Source: an uncultured Dehalococcoidales bacterium
GTDB taxonomy: Bacteria; Chloroflexota; Dehalococcoidia; Dehalococcoidales; W111
Assembly (NCBI GenBank): GCA_964517985.1
Contig: CAZFCV010000001.1
Location: 1-24,977, forward strand
Length of the DNA: 24,977 bases
Reading direction: 5' to 3'
Part shown: one piece after another, positions 1 to 7,770 of the stretch
Position numbering within the stretch: the stretch's first letter is position 1
Layout: every line of letters starts with the position of its first letter
Notes under the pieces: model-generated
Told to the model about the DNA's origin: nothing
Database searches by the model: none
The model's input: the letters and a program-made list of their open reading frames with translations, nothing else
Translations under genes and position numbers: made by a program

Positions 1-180
1 CTGGCGACGGACGTTCCCACTGCCTGTGGCGAGATATTTGGGGGTAGAATGAGGATTACCGACTACCTTAATTCCCTGAAGGGCAGGAAGGAGTTTGCCG
101 TCCTGTCAATTAGCGACCCTCTGCCCTTCTTCGCCGAGTTACTCATGTTTCCCTACCTGTTGCGAAAGAGGGGCTTCTAA
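1..180 (+). CDS. 3' end of a CDS entering from the left edge; probable ATP-grasp (carboxylate-amine ligase-like) protein of surface-polysaccharide loci
   Basis: Frame 1 is open from base 1 to TAA 178-180: LATDVPTACGEIFGGRMRITDYLNSLKGRKEFAVLSISDPLPFFAELLMFPYLLRKRGF. The Y-L-x-S-L...EFAV...DPLPF.AE C-terminus resembles that family (recognition only, no search run). Confidence 0.45.
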   Translation: MATDVPTACGEIFGGRMRITDYLNSLKGRKEFAVLSISDPLPFFAELLMFPYLLRKRGF

Positions 181-244
181 GGACGGAATGAAGCTGTTAT
201 ATGCCCGAAGCAAATATGCCGAAGACAGACAAGGATAGTTAAGG

Positions 245-1237
245 ATGCAGAGAAAAGTATTAGACTACCTGTGTTGCCCGAATTGCCGGCACGAACTCAC
301 GTTATTGGAAAAAGAAGTGGTTCACGGTGAGGTTATTCACGGGGTTCTCCAGTGTGACAGCTGCGAAAAATCCTTCGCAGTAGTGAGCGGCGTCCCCAGA
401 ATGATTGTTGATCTGGGTGACCGGATTGATTTAGCGGAAAGCTGGGGGTTCCAGTGGGCTAAGCAAGCCGAAGGCAGGCTGGAGACCGATACCTATTATG
501 GAGAGACAGAAGAGCAGGAGGTGGGCAATTTTTTCAATTACCTCGGCATAACCCCGGATGATTTATACGGCAAGACCGTCCTTGACGCTGGCTGTGGATG
601 CGGGCGACTGACCAGAGCCCTGGCGGCGTACGGGGCTGAGGTTATCGGTATTGATATCGCCTCTTCAATAGAGGGCATTTATGAATACTGCCAGCCACGC
701 CAGAATATACACATAATCCAGGCGGATATCGTTAATCTGCCGTTTAAAAACGGGGTTTTTGATTATGTGTGGAGCAAGCTGGCTATATGTTATGCCCATA
801 ATCCGGAACGTGTGTTTGAGAATCTTGCCGGGCTGGTCAGTCCGTCCGGTAAAATGATGGTTGCCGTGCCGGATAAGACAGACCTGGCATTCACCGTAAA
901 ACTGAAGAACTTCCTGCGAATATCTCACCGGATACCCCTGAAGCTGTTGCTCTACCTCAGCTGGTGCCTTGCTCCGGCGTTGTCTCTGGCAAAGAGAATA
1001 GCGGGAAACCCCGTGACTTCCCTGAGGTCAAACGCCTTTTTCCTCTTCAACTCTCTCCACCCCAGCTTTATGACCAGCCATACCAGTGATGAGGTGGTCG
1101 GCTGGTTTGATAATAATAAGTTCCGTCACATAACCCTGGTTGACGGCATGGAACACCTGATATTTGCCCGGGGAGAGAAAATCAGCGACAAACAGGGGTC
1201 AATGCCTTCGTGCCTTCCGGGAAATAGGGGTTCCTAG
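245..1237 (+). CDS. Class I SAM-dependent methyltransferase with N-terminal Trm112-like zinc-finger domain
   Basis: N-terminal LDYLCCPNC...LQCDSC...GVPRM Trm112 pattern; motif I VLDAGCGCG, then GIDIA and ADIVNLPF...FDYV. Confidence 0.85.
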   Translation: MQRKVLDYLCCPNCRHELTLLEKEVVHGEVIHGVLQCDSCEKSFAVVSGVPRMIVDLGDRIDLAESWGFQWAKQAEGRLETDTYYGETEEQEVGNFFNYLGITPDDLYGKTVLDAGCGCGRLTRALAAYGAEVIGIDIASSIEGIYEYCQPRQNIHIIQADIVNLPFKNGVFDYVWSKLAICYAHNPERVFENLAGLVSPSGKMMVAVPDKTDLAFTVKLKNFLRISHRIPLKLLLYLSWCLAPALSLAKRIAGNPVTSLRSNAFFLFNSLHPSFMTSHTSDEVVGWFDNNKFRHITLVDGMEHLIFARGEKISDKQGSMPSCLPGNRGS

Positions 1238-2107
1238 ATGACATTTTATATTTTCGCCTTAAGTCTGGTGCTGGCTCTGGTATTGCTACCGCTGCTTGCC
1301 TGGAAGTGGCATATAGGGATGAAGGAAGCGGTAGCCGGCGCTATCATTATTGGCGGGCTAAGCGGGCTCATTGTGGGCTGGCTGGACTCTCTGGCTGCCG
1401 GGCAGCTTGATATCGCCGCGGTAGTCCTTCTTGAGCTAGCCCTGATTTTCCTGTTGACCTTTATCGCCATCGCTGTCCGGTTCTACCGTGACCCGGAGCG
1501 AACCCCGCCGGAAACGGAGGGGGTGGTGCTTTCTCCCGCCGACGGCAAGGTTATATACGTCAACCGGGTGGAGGGAGGCGTCTCCCTTGTTTCCACCAAG
1601 AGGGGGAAAAGCTTCCGGCTGGAGGAGATAGCCGCCACCGATTTGCTGGCTGGCGCCGCCTATCTGATAGGGATAGAGATGAACATACTGAATGTCCACG
1701 TGAACCGGTCTCCGGTTGGCGGTAAGATAGTCCGGCAGAAGCATATTGCGGGGAAGTTTATGTCTCTGGGTAAGCCAGAATCGGAGACGATGAACGAAAG
1801 GGTTACCACCGTTATTGATAGCGGGGCGTTCCGGGTTGGTATTGTCCAGATAGCTTCGCGGCTGGTGAGGAGGATAGTCAGCTACCTTAAGGAGGGCGAC
1901 CGGGTGGATATCGGGCAGCGGCTGGGGATGATACGGTTCGGGTCTCAGGTGGATGTTGCCCTCCCGGCGGTGGAGGGGCTTGAGCTCGGTGTCAGTCCGG
2001 GGGACCGGGTCCGGGCGGGGGTCTCCGTGATAGCCCGGTATGGTGAAACGGGTTCCCCCGTTGGCTCGGGGCAAGCGGGCGGAGAGGATTTGGGAGGTTC
2101 AGGATGA
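1238..2107 (+). CDS. psd: Phosphatidylserine decarboxylase-family proenzyme (pyruvoyl-dependent) with N-terminal transmembrane helices
   Basis: RFYRDPER, VLSPADGKV, HVNRSP, QIASRLVRRI, and autocleavage motif GMIRFG-SQVD (G/S at ~1940-1945). ATG abuts the upstream stop. Confidence 0.85.
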   Translation: MTFYIFALSLVLALVLLPLLAWKWHIGMKEAVAGAIIIGGLSGLIVGWLDSLAAGQLDIAAVVLLELALIFLLTFIAIAVRFYRDPERTPPETEGVVLSPADGKVIYVNRVEGGVSLVSTKRGKSFRLEEIAATDLLAGAAYLIGIEMNILNVHVNRSPVGGKIVRQKHIAGKFMSLGKPESETMNERVTTVIDSGAFRVGIVQIASRLVRRIVSYLKEGDRVDIGQRLGMIRFGSQVDVALPAVEGLELGVSPGDRVRAGVSVIARYGETGSPVGSGQAGGEDLGGSG

Positions 2108-3855
2108 GATTTGGGAAGGTGCTGCTGGTTAATCCCGCCTACCATGCGGAGTGGCGGGGGGTTACGCCGCATATAGGTCAGGCGTATCTTGCCCAGACCC
2201 TGCTGGAGAACGGGATTGAATACGATATCCTCGATATGAATCTGGGCTATAAGTGGAAGCATCTGCGGCAGAAGATTAAGGACTTCCAGCCGGAGCTTAT
2301 CGGTGTCAGCCTGATTTCTCTGGAGTACAAGAGGCTATATGCACTCCTATCGGCAATCAAGGATTTTGACCGGCGGGTAAGAATCGTGGTCGGTGGTCCC
2401 CATGTGACCATTATGAGGGAAAGGGTGCTGGAGGACTGCGCTGCCATAGACTACGGTGTTGTTTATGAGGGGGAGGGCACCCTTACCGAGCTCTGTATCG
2501 GCGCACTTCCTGAAAAGGAGATTAGGGGGCTGATGTTCCGGGACGGCGATAGGGTGGTTTATGGCGGGGATAGGGAGTTTGCTGCCAACCTGGATGAGGT
2601 GCCCTGGCCGCGATATGATAAATTTGAGCTGGGCAGGTATATCCAGGAGAGGACAATCTATTCCAGCCGCGGCTGCCCGCAGCAGTGTACATTCTGCCCC
2701 AACCGGATAATATCACCGCTGTTCCGGGCGCGGAACGCCGAAAATGTCGTTGATGAGATTGAATACTGGTACCGCCGGGGCTACCGGCAGTTCAATGTGG
2801 ATGATGACAACTTCAATCAGATAAGGGAACGGGTCTTTGCCGTATGTGATGAAATTGAGCGGCGCGGGCTTACGGGAATGTTCCTGCGTTGCTCCAACGG
2901 CATCCGGGCTGACCGGGTGGACAGGGAGATGCTTGTCCGTATGCGTGAGGTGGGCTTTCGCTATATTGCCTTCGGCGTTGATGGCGGCAATAACCGGATA
3001 GCCGAGAATTTCACCAGCCGCAATAATATAGTTGTTGCTTCAGGCGGTCGTGTCATGGGGCATTACACCGATACCATCCCGGTGGCACAGCAAACGGACA
3101 CCTGGGAGTATAATTGCCTTGATGCCGCTACGGCAAGCAGTGATTGGTTCGGCTTCTACTATGGAACCAGATATGAATCGCTGTCTCAGGTTCAGGCAGC
3201 CGGCTATGAGCTGCATAGCATTGACCTTGCCTCGTTGCTGGCTGACCCCGAAAATGGTGACTTCAGCCTGCAGAGTGGCTCGCCATGCCGGAATTCCGCC
3301 ACGCTTATCTATGGTATCAATGACCCCGATTCACCGTGGCCCTATGAGGGCACTGCTCCCGATATAGGGGCATTTGAGTACGGTTCCGGAGGAGCGACCA
3401 ATTATCCGCCGTCACTTGCCTCCATTGGCAGCCGGTCGGTTGGTGAGGGGGAACTGCTGCAGTTCACCGTCTCCGCCACCGACCCCGATGGTGACGCGCT
3501 GACCTACTCAGCGTCCAACCTGCCGTCAGGGGCGAGCTTTACCCCGGCTACCCGGCTCTTCTCCTGGACACCGACATCGGGCCAGGCAGGAACCTATAGC
3601 AATGTCCGCTTTGAGGTGTCGGACGGAGTCCTGACTGACTACGAGAATATAACCATAACCGTGAACGGCGCTGGGTCGACCTATGAAGACTGGGATGTCA
3701 ACAGTGACGGAGCGGTTAATGTCCTTGACATGGTTCGTGTCGGGCAGTACTGGGATGAGACCGGTACGGTGGCTTGGGTACGGGAAGATGTTAATGAAGA
3801 CGGGGCGGTCAATGTCCTGGATATGACACTAATCGGGCAGCACTGGACTGGATAG
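2104..3855 (+). CDS. In-frame chimera: B12-binding radical SAM N-terminal part (~aa 1-299) fused to the C-terminal tail of a secreted beta-helix-type protein + Ig-like domain + type I dockerin
   Basis: B12-binding domain (LLVNP...VGGPHVT), CxxxCxxC motif CPQQCTFC at 2674-2697, DDNF, FGVDGGNNRI. At ~3001 it switches to NFTSRNNIV...NGDFSLQSGSPC...PDIGAFEYG, then an Ig-like repeat (ATDPDGDALTYS...FSWTP) and two DVNxDGAVNVLD dockerin repeats (3691-3852). Confidence 0.8.
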   Translation: MRFGKVLLVNPAYHAEWRGVTPHIGQAYLAQTLLENGIEYDILDMNLGYKWKHLRQKIKDFQPELIGVSLISLEYKRLYALLSAIKDFDRRVRIVVGGPHVTIMRERVLEDCAAIDYGVVYEGEGTLTELCIGALPEKEIRGLMFRDGDRVVYGGDREFAANLDEVPWPRYDKFELGRYIQERTIYSSRGCPQQCTFCPNRIISPLFRARNAENVVDEIEYWYRRGYRQFNVDDDNFNQIRERVFAVCDEIERRGLTGMFLRCSNGIRADRVDREMLVRMREVGFRYIAFGVDGGNNRIAENFTSRNNIVVASGGRVMGHYTDTIPVAQQTDTWEYNCLDAATASSDWFGFYYGTRYESLSQVQAAGYELHSIDLASLLADPENGDFSLQSGSPCRNSATLIYGINDPDSPWPYEGTAPDIGAFEYGSGGATNYPPSLASIGSRSVGEGELLQFTVSATDPDGDALTYSASNLPSGASFTPATRLFSWTPTSGQAGTYSNVRFEVSDGVLTDYENITITVNGAGSTYEDWDVNSDGAVNVLDMVRVGQYWDETGTVAWVREDVNEDGAVNVLDMTLIGQHWTG

Positions 3856-4359
3856 GAGGAATGAGAGATGAGATTTGGGGGTTGGTTTAACCTCTTAAGG
3901 TGCGGGGCTATCCTGCTGATAGTCGGGCTGGGTGTACCCCTAGCCGGGCTGGTGGCGGCGGCGGGGGAGACGATTGTCAGTGTTTCCCCGTCGAGCCAGA
4001 CCGTTGACGCCGGGGGAACGTTCACCATAGACATAGCTGTCGAGCCGGGGGAGGCAATAGCAGGCGTGCAATTTGACCTTGGCTTTGACCCCTCGCTGGT
4101 AACGGTAAGCGGTGTTGAAGAGGGGAATCTGTTAAGTCAGGGTGGAGCGAGCACCTATTTCATTTCTGGTGATATTGACAATGGAGCGGGGACGGTAACG
4201 GGGGTAGCGGGGGCGATAATAAGCCCGGGGCAGACGGTATCCACGGCAGGGACGTTTGCCGTAATAACGCTGGTGGCGGGGACGGTAGATGGGACGAGCT
4301 CTCTTGAGCTATCCAACGTGGTAGCTGGTGATATAAACGGCAATTCGGTGCCGATAATT
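3478..4359 (+). repeat. Direct repeat copy 1 (882 bp): Ig domain + dockerin + stop + RBS + signal peptide + cohesin
   Basis: Compared line by line with 4468-5349 (offset 990) with no mismatch found; diverged homology continues over ~3415-3477 and 4360-4377. Confidence 0.97.
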
Positions 4360-4845
4360 CTAGCCGGTGGCGAGGTAGCAGTTGATGTTAACCAGTCACC
4401 GCTTCTTGCCTCCATTGGCAACCGGTCGGTCAATGAGGGAGAGCTGCTTCAGTTCACCGTCTCCGCTACCGACCCCGATGGTGACGCGCTGACCTACTCA
4501 GCGTCCAACCTGCCGTCAGGGGCGAGCTTTACCCCGGCTACCCGGCTCTTCTCCTGGACACCGACATCGGGCCAGGCAGGAACCTATAGCAATGTCCGCT
4601 TTGAGGTGTCGGACGGAGTCCTGACTGACTACGAGAATATAACCATAACCGTGAACGGCGCTGGGTCGACCTATGAAGACTGGGATGTCAACAGTGACGG
4701 AGCGGTTAATGTCCTTGACATGGTTCGTGTCGGGCAGTACTGGGATGAGACCGGTACGGTGGCTTGGGTACGGGAAGATGTTAATGAAGACGGGGCGGTC
4801 AATGTCCTGGATATGACACTAATCGGGCAGCACTGGACTGGATAG
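3868..4845 (+). CDS. Secreted cohesin - Ig-like - dockerin protein (adaptor scaffoldin-like)
   Basis: RBS AGGAGG; signal peptide ending VAAA-G; cohesin-like VSVSPSSQTV..G.TFTIDI...AGVQFDLGFDPSLVTVSGVEEG.LL...GTFAVITL; Ig-like repeat; C-terminal dockerin DVNSDGAVNVLD/DVNEDGAVNVLD. Confidence 0.85.
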   Translation: MRFGGWFNLLRCGAILLIVGLGVPLAGLVAAAGETIVSVSPSSQTVDAGGTFTIDIAVEPGEAIAGVQFDLGFDPSLVTVSGVEEGNLLSQGGASTYFISGDIDNGAGTVTGVAGAIISPGQTVSTAGTFAVITLVAGTVDGTSSLELSNVVAGDINGNSVPIILAGGEVAVDVNQSPLLASIGNRSVNEGELLQFTVSATDPDGDALTYSASNLPSGASFTPATRLFSWTPTSGQAGTYSNVRFEVSDGVLTDYENITITVNGAGSTYEDWDVNSDGAVNVLDMVRVGQYWDETGTVAWVREDVNEDGAVNVLDMTLIGQHWTG

Positions 4846-5349
4846 GAGGAATGAGAGATGAGATTTGGGGGTTGGTTTAACCTCTTAAGGTGCGGGGCTA
4901 TCCTGCTGATAGTCGGGCTGGGTGTACCCCTAGCCGGGCTGGTGGCGGCGGCGGGGGAGACGATTGTCAGTGTTTCCCCGTCGAGCCAGACCGTTGACGC
5001 CGGGGGAACGTTCACCATAGACATAGCTGTCGAGCCGGGGGAGGCAATAGCAGGCGTGCAATTTGACCTTGGCTTTGACCCCTCGCTGGTAACGGTAAGC
5101 GGTGTTGAAGAGGGGAATCTGTTAAGTCAGGGTGGAGCGAGCACCTATTTCATTTCTGGTGATATTGACAATGGAGCGGGGACGGTAACGGGGGTAGCGG
5201 GGGCGATAATAAGCCCGGGGCAGACGGTATCCACGGCAGGGACGTTTGCCGTAATAACGCTGGTGGCGGGGACGGTAGATGGGACGAGCTCTCTTGAGCT
5301 ATCCAACGTGGTAGCTGGTGATATAAACGGCAATTCGGTGCCGATAATT
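4468..5349 (+). repeat. Direct repeat copy 2 (882 bp)
   Basis: Identical to 3478-4359. Confidence 0.97.
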
Positions 5350-6447
5350 TCAGCCGGTGGCGACGTAACGATAACCGGGGGTACGACTCCCCCACCGGAG
5401 GGTGGCGGTGGTGGGGGAGGGATTGGTCCTACCGAGGATATAACACCACCCCGAATCCACGATGTCCTGGCTCGGGACATCACCAAGACCGGTGCCGATA
5501 TCTGCTGGGAGACAAATGAGTGGAGCACCAGCCAGGTGGAGTACCGGGCAAGCCCGAGCCAGCTTTCGCCCCTTGATGAGACAGCCGTCATCGCCCATAC
5601 GGTTCGGCTGAGCGGACTTGCCCCGGCGACTACCTACTTCTTCCGGGTAATGTCCCAGGACGAGGCGGGTAACCGGGCAGTGTCTGATGAATACAGCTTC
5701 ACCACCCTGGGAGAGCCAGCCGCTTTTACCGTGAGCGCACTGAATATAGATCCGGCTGATGTCTACGTTGGGGAGGCAGTACCCATCTTTGTCCTGGTGA
5801 CGAATAACGGCGATGTTGCCGGGGACTATGAAGTAGTGCTGAAGATTGATGGTGTGGTGGTGGCGACAAAAAATGTCACCGGCTTAGCCAGCGGTGCCAG
5901 CCAGGAGGTAACGTTCAACGCAGCCAGAGATAGTGCCGGGGTCTTCACGGTTGATGTTAATGGCGTTACCGCTTCATTTATCGTTAGAACAGTGCCAACG
6001 GCAGAGCTAGCCCTGGCTAGCCTTACTCCCCGGTATGATGCGGAGACGCAGCAGCTTACCTTTGCCCGGGTAATCTACCAGGTGGACAATCTGAACGAGC
6101 CGATGTCAGACGTTGAGCTTATCCTAAAGGTGAGCCTGGATGGCGAACCCCTGGAAGAGCTCTCTCTCCTCTCGGCAAGCCGGCTGGACCTGGGGGGGGC
6201 GGGCGGTATCCTGGATTATTCACCTCCGCAGGGGTGGCAGAGCGGTATCTATACCTTTGAAGCGGAACTATATACCGGCGGCAGGCTGCACACAACCACA
6301 GTGAAGGAACTGGAAGTCACGGTAAACCCTGATGCGGCAGTGGTCAGCTGGGCTGTCCTGGGCGGAATAATCGGAGTCACCATGATTGCCATTGCCGGTA
6401 CGATGCTGGTTGTATTACGGCGCCGGCGCAGTATGCTGAGGGCTTAG
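4858..6447 (+). CDS. Membrane-anchored surface protein: signal peptide, cohesin, Pro/Gly linker, FN3-like, CARDB-like and a further beta domain, C-terminal TM helix (anchoring scaffoldin-like)
   Basis: Same signal peptide and cohesin as 3868; linker TTPPPEGGGGGG; FN3-like DITPPRI...ICWETNE...LSGLAPATTYFFRV; CARDB-like FTVSALNIDP...VTNNGD..G.YEVVLKIDG; hydrophobic WAVLGGIIGVTMIAIAGTMLVVL then RRRR. Confidence 0.85.
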   Translation: MRFGGWFNLLRCGAILLIVGLGVPLAGLVAAAGETIVSVSPSSQTVDAGGTFTIDIAVEPGEAIAGVQFDLGFDPSLVTVSGVEEGNLLSQGGASTYFISGDIDNGAGTVTGVAGAIISPGQTVSTAGTFAVITLVAGTVDGTSSLELSNVVAGDINGNSVPIISAGGDVTITGGTTPPPEGGGGGGGIGPTEDITPPRIHDVLARDITKTGADICWETNEWSTSQVEYRASPSQLSPLDETAVIAHTVRLSGLAPATTYFFRVMSQDEAGNRAVSDEYSFTTLGEPAAFTVSALNIDPADVYVGEAVPIFVLVTNNGDVAGDYEVVLKIDGVVVATKNVTGLASGASQEVTFNAARDSAGVFTVDVNGVTASFIVRTVPTAELALASLTPRYDAETQQLTFARVIYQVDNLNEPMSDVELILKVSLDGEPLEELSLLSASRLDLGGAGGILDYSPPQGWQSGIYTFEAELYTGGRLHTTTVKELEVTVNPDAAVVSWAVLGGIIGVTMIAIAGTMLVVLRRRRSMLRA

Positions 6448-6479
6448 GGGGGGGGCATTTTCCGAAGGGAGGAAAGAAT

Positions 6480-6767
6480 ATGCCGCCTTTCGGCAGGCGA
6501 CTTAGATTTGCCATACTTGTCCTGATAAGCCAGGTACTGCTGATAGCCATGGCTATAGCCTGGGTCGTCCAGATGTCCCTCATCGCCAGGAACGGCGCTG
6601 TTTACTTCATAGAGGCAAACCCCTGGATACTGTGGGGAGAAATCATCGCCACGGCGCTTATAACCCTCTTCGCCACGGCAGTCTTTTCCCTTCAGCTTTA
6701 CCGGCTGGGGGAGAGGCGGGGTGCCGACCGGAGGCGGGCGGGTGGTTCCGGTAACCGGAGCAGCTGA
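6480..6767 (+). CDS. Small membrane protein, two predicted TM helices, unknown function
   Basis: RBS GGAGG upstream; two hydrophobic stretches and a basic C-tail. Confidence 0.75.
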   Translation: MPPFGRRLRFAILVLISQVLLIAMAIAWVVQMSLIARNGAVYFIEANPWILWGEIIATALITLFATAVFSLQLYRLGERRGADRRRAGGSGNRSS

Positions 6768-6838
6768 GTTTCCCATTCGGGCCCCTTTGACGTAGGGGTG
6801 CTAACAGCCCGTATGCCCGGACGCAGAAGCGCCCCCAT

Positions 6839-6867
6839 TTGACAACGGGGGAGCAGTGTTCTAATCT
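6839..6867 (+). promoter_or_regulatory. Sigma70-type promoter for uppP-birA
   Basis: TTGACA (6839-6844), 17 nt, TAATCT (6862-6867). Confidence 0.55.
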
Positions 6868-6922
6868 TTCCCGGTAGGCAGAAGGCGGACTGACGTTTGA
6901 TGTTGACTGCAAGGGCAGAGAA

Positions 6923-7738
6923 GTGACGGCATTCTTTTCCGACCTGATACTGGGGGTGGTTCAGGGGATAACGGAGTGGCTACCGGTAAGCAGTGAGGGT
7001 ATCAATACCCTTATTCTGTTGCACTTCTTCCACAAGCCGCTGAGCGAAGCCATTCGCCTCTCCATATGGCTGCACACCGGCACCCTTCTCGCCGCTCTGG
7101 TCTACTTCCGGAGAGACGTCGTGGAGCTGTTGCGCTACCTGCCCCGGTACCTGAGGGGGCTGGGGGGTGGTAGCCAGACGGAGCGGGACAGGCTGACCAC
7201 CTTCCTGGTGGTATCAACGGTGTGTAGCGCCGTGATAGGTGCCCCGCTGATGGTCTTCGGCTTGAGCCAGTGGGAGATTCCAACCGGCTGGGTGATAGCC
7301 GTTATCGGTATATTCCTGATAGTCACCGGTCTGGTGCAGAGGTATGCCCGCCGCTCTTCGGGGACGAAAACAACCGCCGGAATCAAGGACGCTGTCCTGC
7401 TTGGCGTGGTGCAAGCCTTCTCCGTAATCCCGGGGCTGAGCCGCTCCGGTATCACCGTGTCAGCCCTCCTCTTCAGAGGGTATGAGGCAAGGGCGGCAAT
7501 GAGGCTAAGCTTTCTGATGAGCATCCCGGTAGTCCTGGTTGCCGGGGTGGGGCTGGGTCTGCTCGGTGGTGCCAGTTTTGACCTGCCCGCTCTGGGTGGT
7601 ATTGCTGCTGCCTTTGTCTTTGGTCTACTGACTATCGGGGCACTGCTCCGGCTTGCCAACCGGATACCGTTCTGGCAGTTCTGCCTCTTTCTGGGGGGGG
7701 TGAGCCTGTTACCCTTACTGCTGGAGGCGTTCTCATAG
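6923..7738 (+). CDS. uppP: Undecaprenyl-diphosphate phosphatase (BacA/UppP)
   Basis: QGITEWLPVSS, HTGTLLA, PGLSRSG and SFLMSIP motifs; GTG start; multi-TM profile. Confidence 0.93.
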   Translation: MTAFFSDLILGVVQGITEWLPVSSEGINTLILLHFFHKPLSEAIRLSIWLHTGTLLAALVYFRRDVVELLRYLPRYLRGLGGGSQTERDRLTTFLVVSTVCSAVIGAPLMVFGLSQWEIPTGWVIAVIGIFLIVTGLVQRYARRSSGTKTTAGIKDAVLLGVVQAFSVIPGLSRSGITVSALLFRGYEARAAMRLSFLMSIPVVLVAGVGLGLLGGASFDLPALGGIAAAFVFGLLTIGALLRLANRIPFWQFCLFLGGVSLLPLLLEAFS

Positions 7739-7770
7739 CTCTGGATGACGCCTCTCTGCGGGGGTGAAAG

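Noticed and set aside
3681-5024. Two identical 117-aa minus-strand ORFs (3681..4034 and 4671..5024)
   Set aside because: Antisense shadows of the real genes; their identity only reflects the 990-bp tandem repeat.
3415-5367. CRISPR or transposon interpretation of the repeat
   Set aside because: It is a long coding repeat with no spacers, terminal inverted repeats or transposase.
6447-6455. G9 homopolymer after the scaffoldin stop codon
   Set aside because: Intergenic and not between recognisable promoter elements, so there is no support for phase variation.
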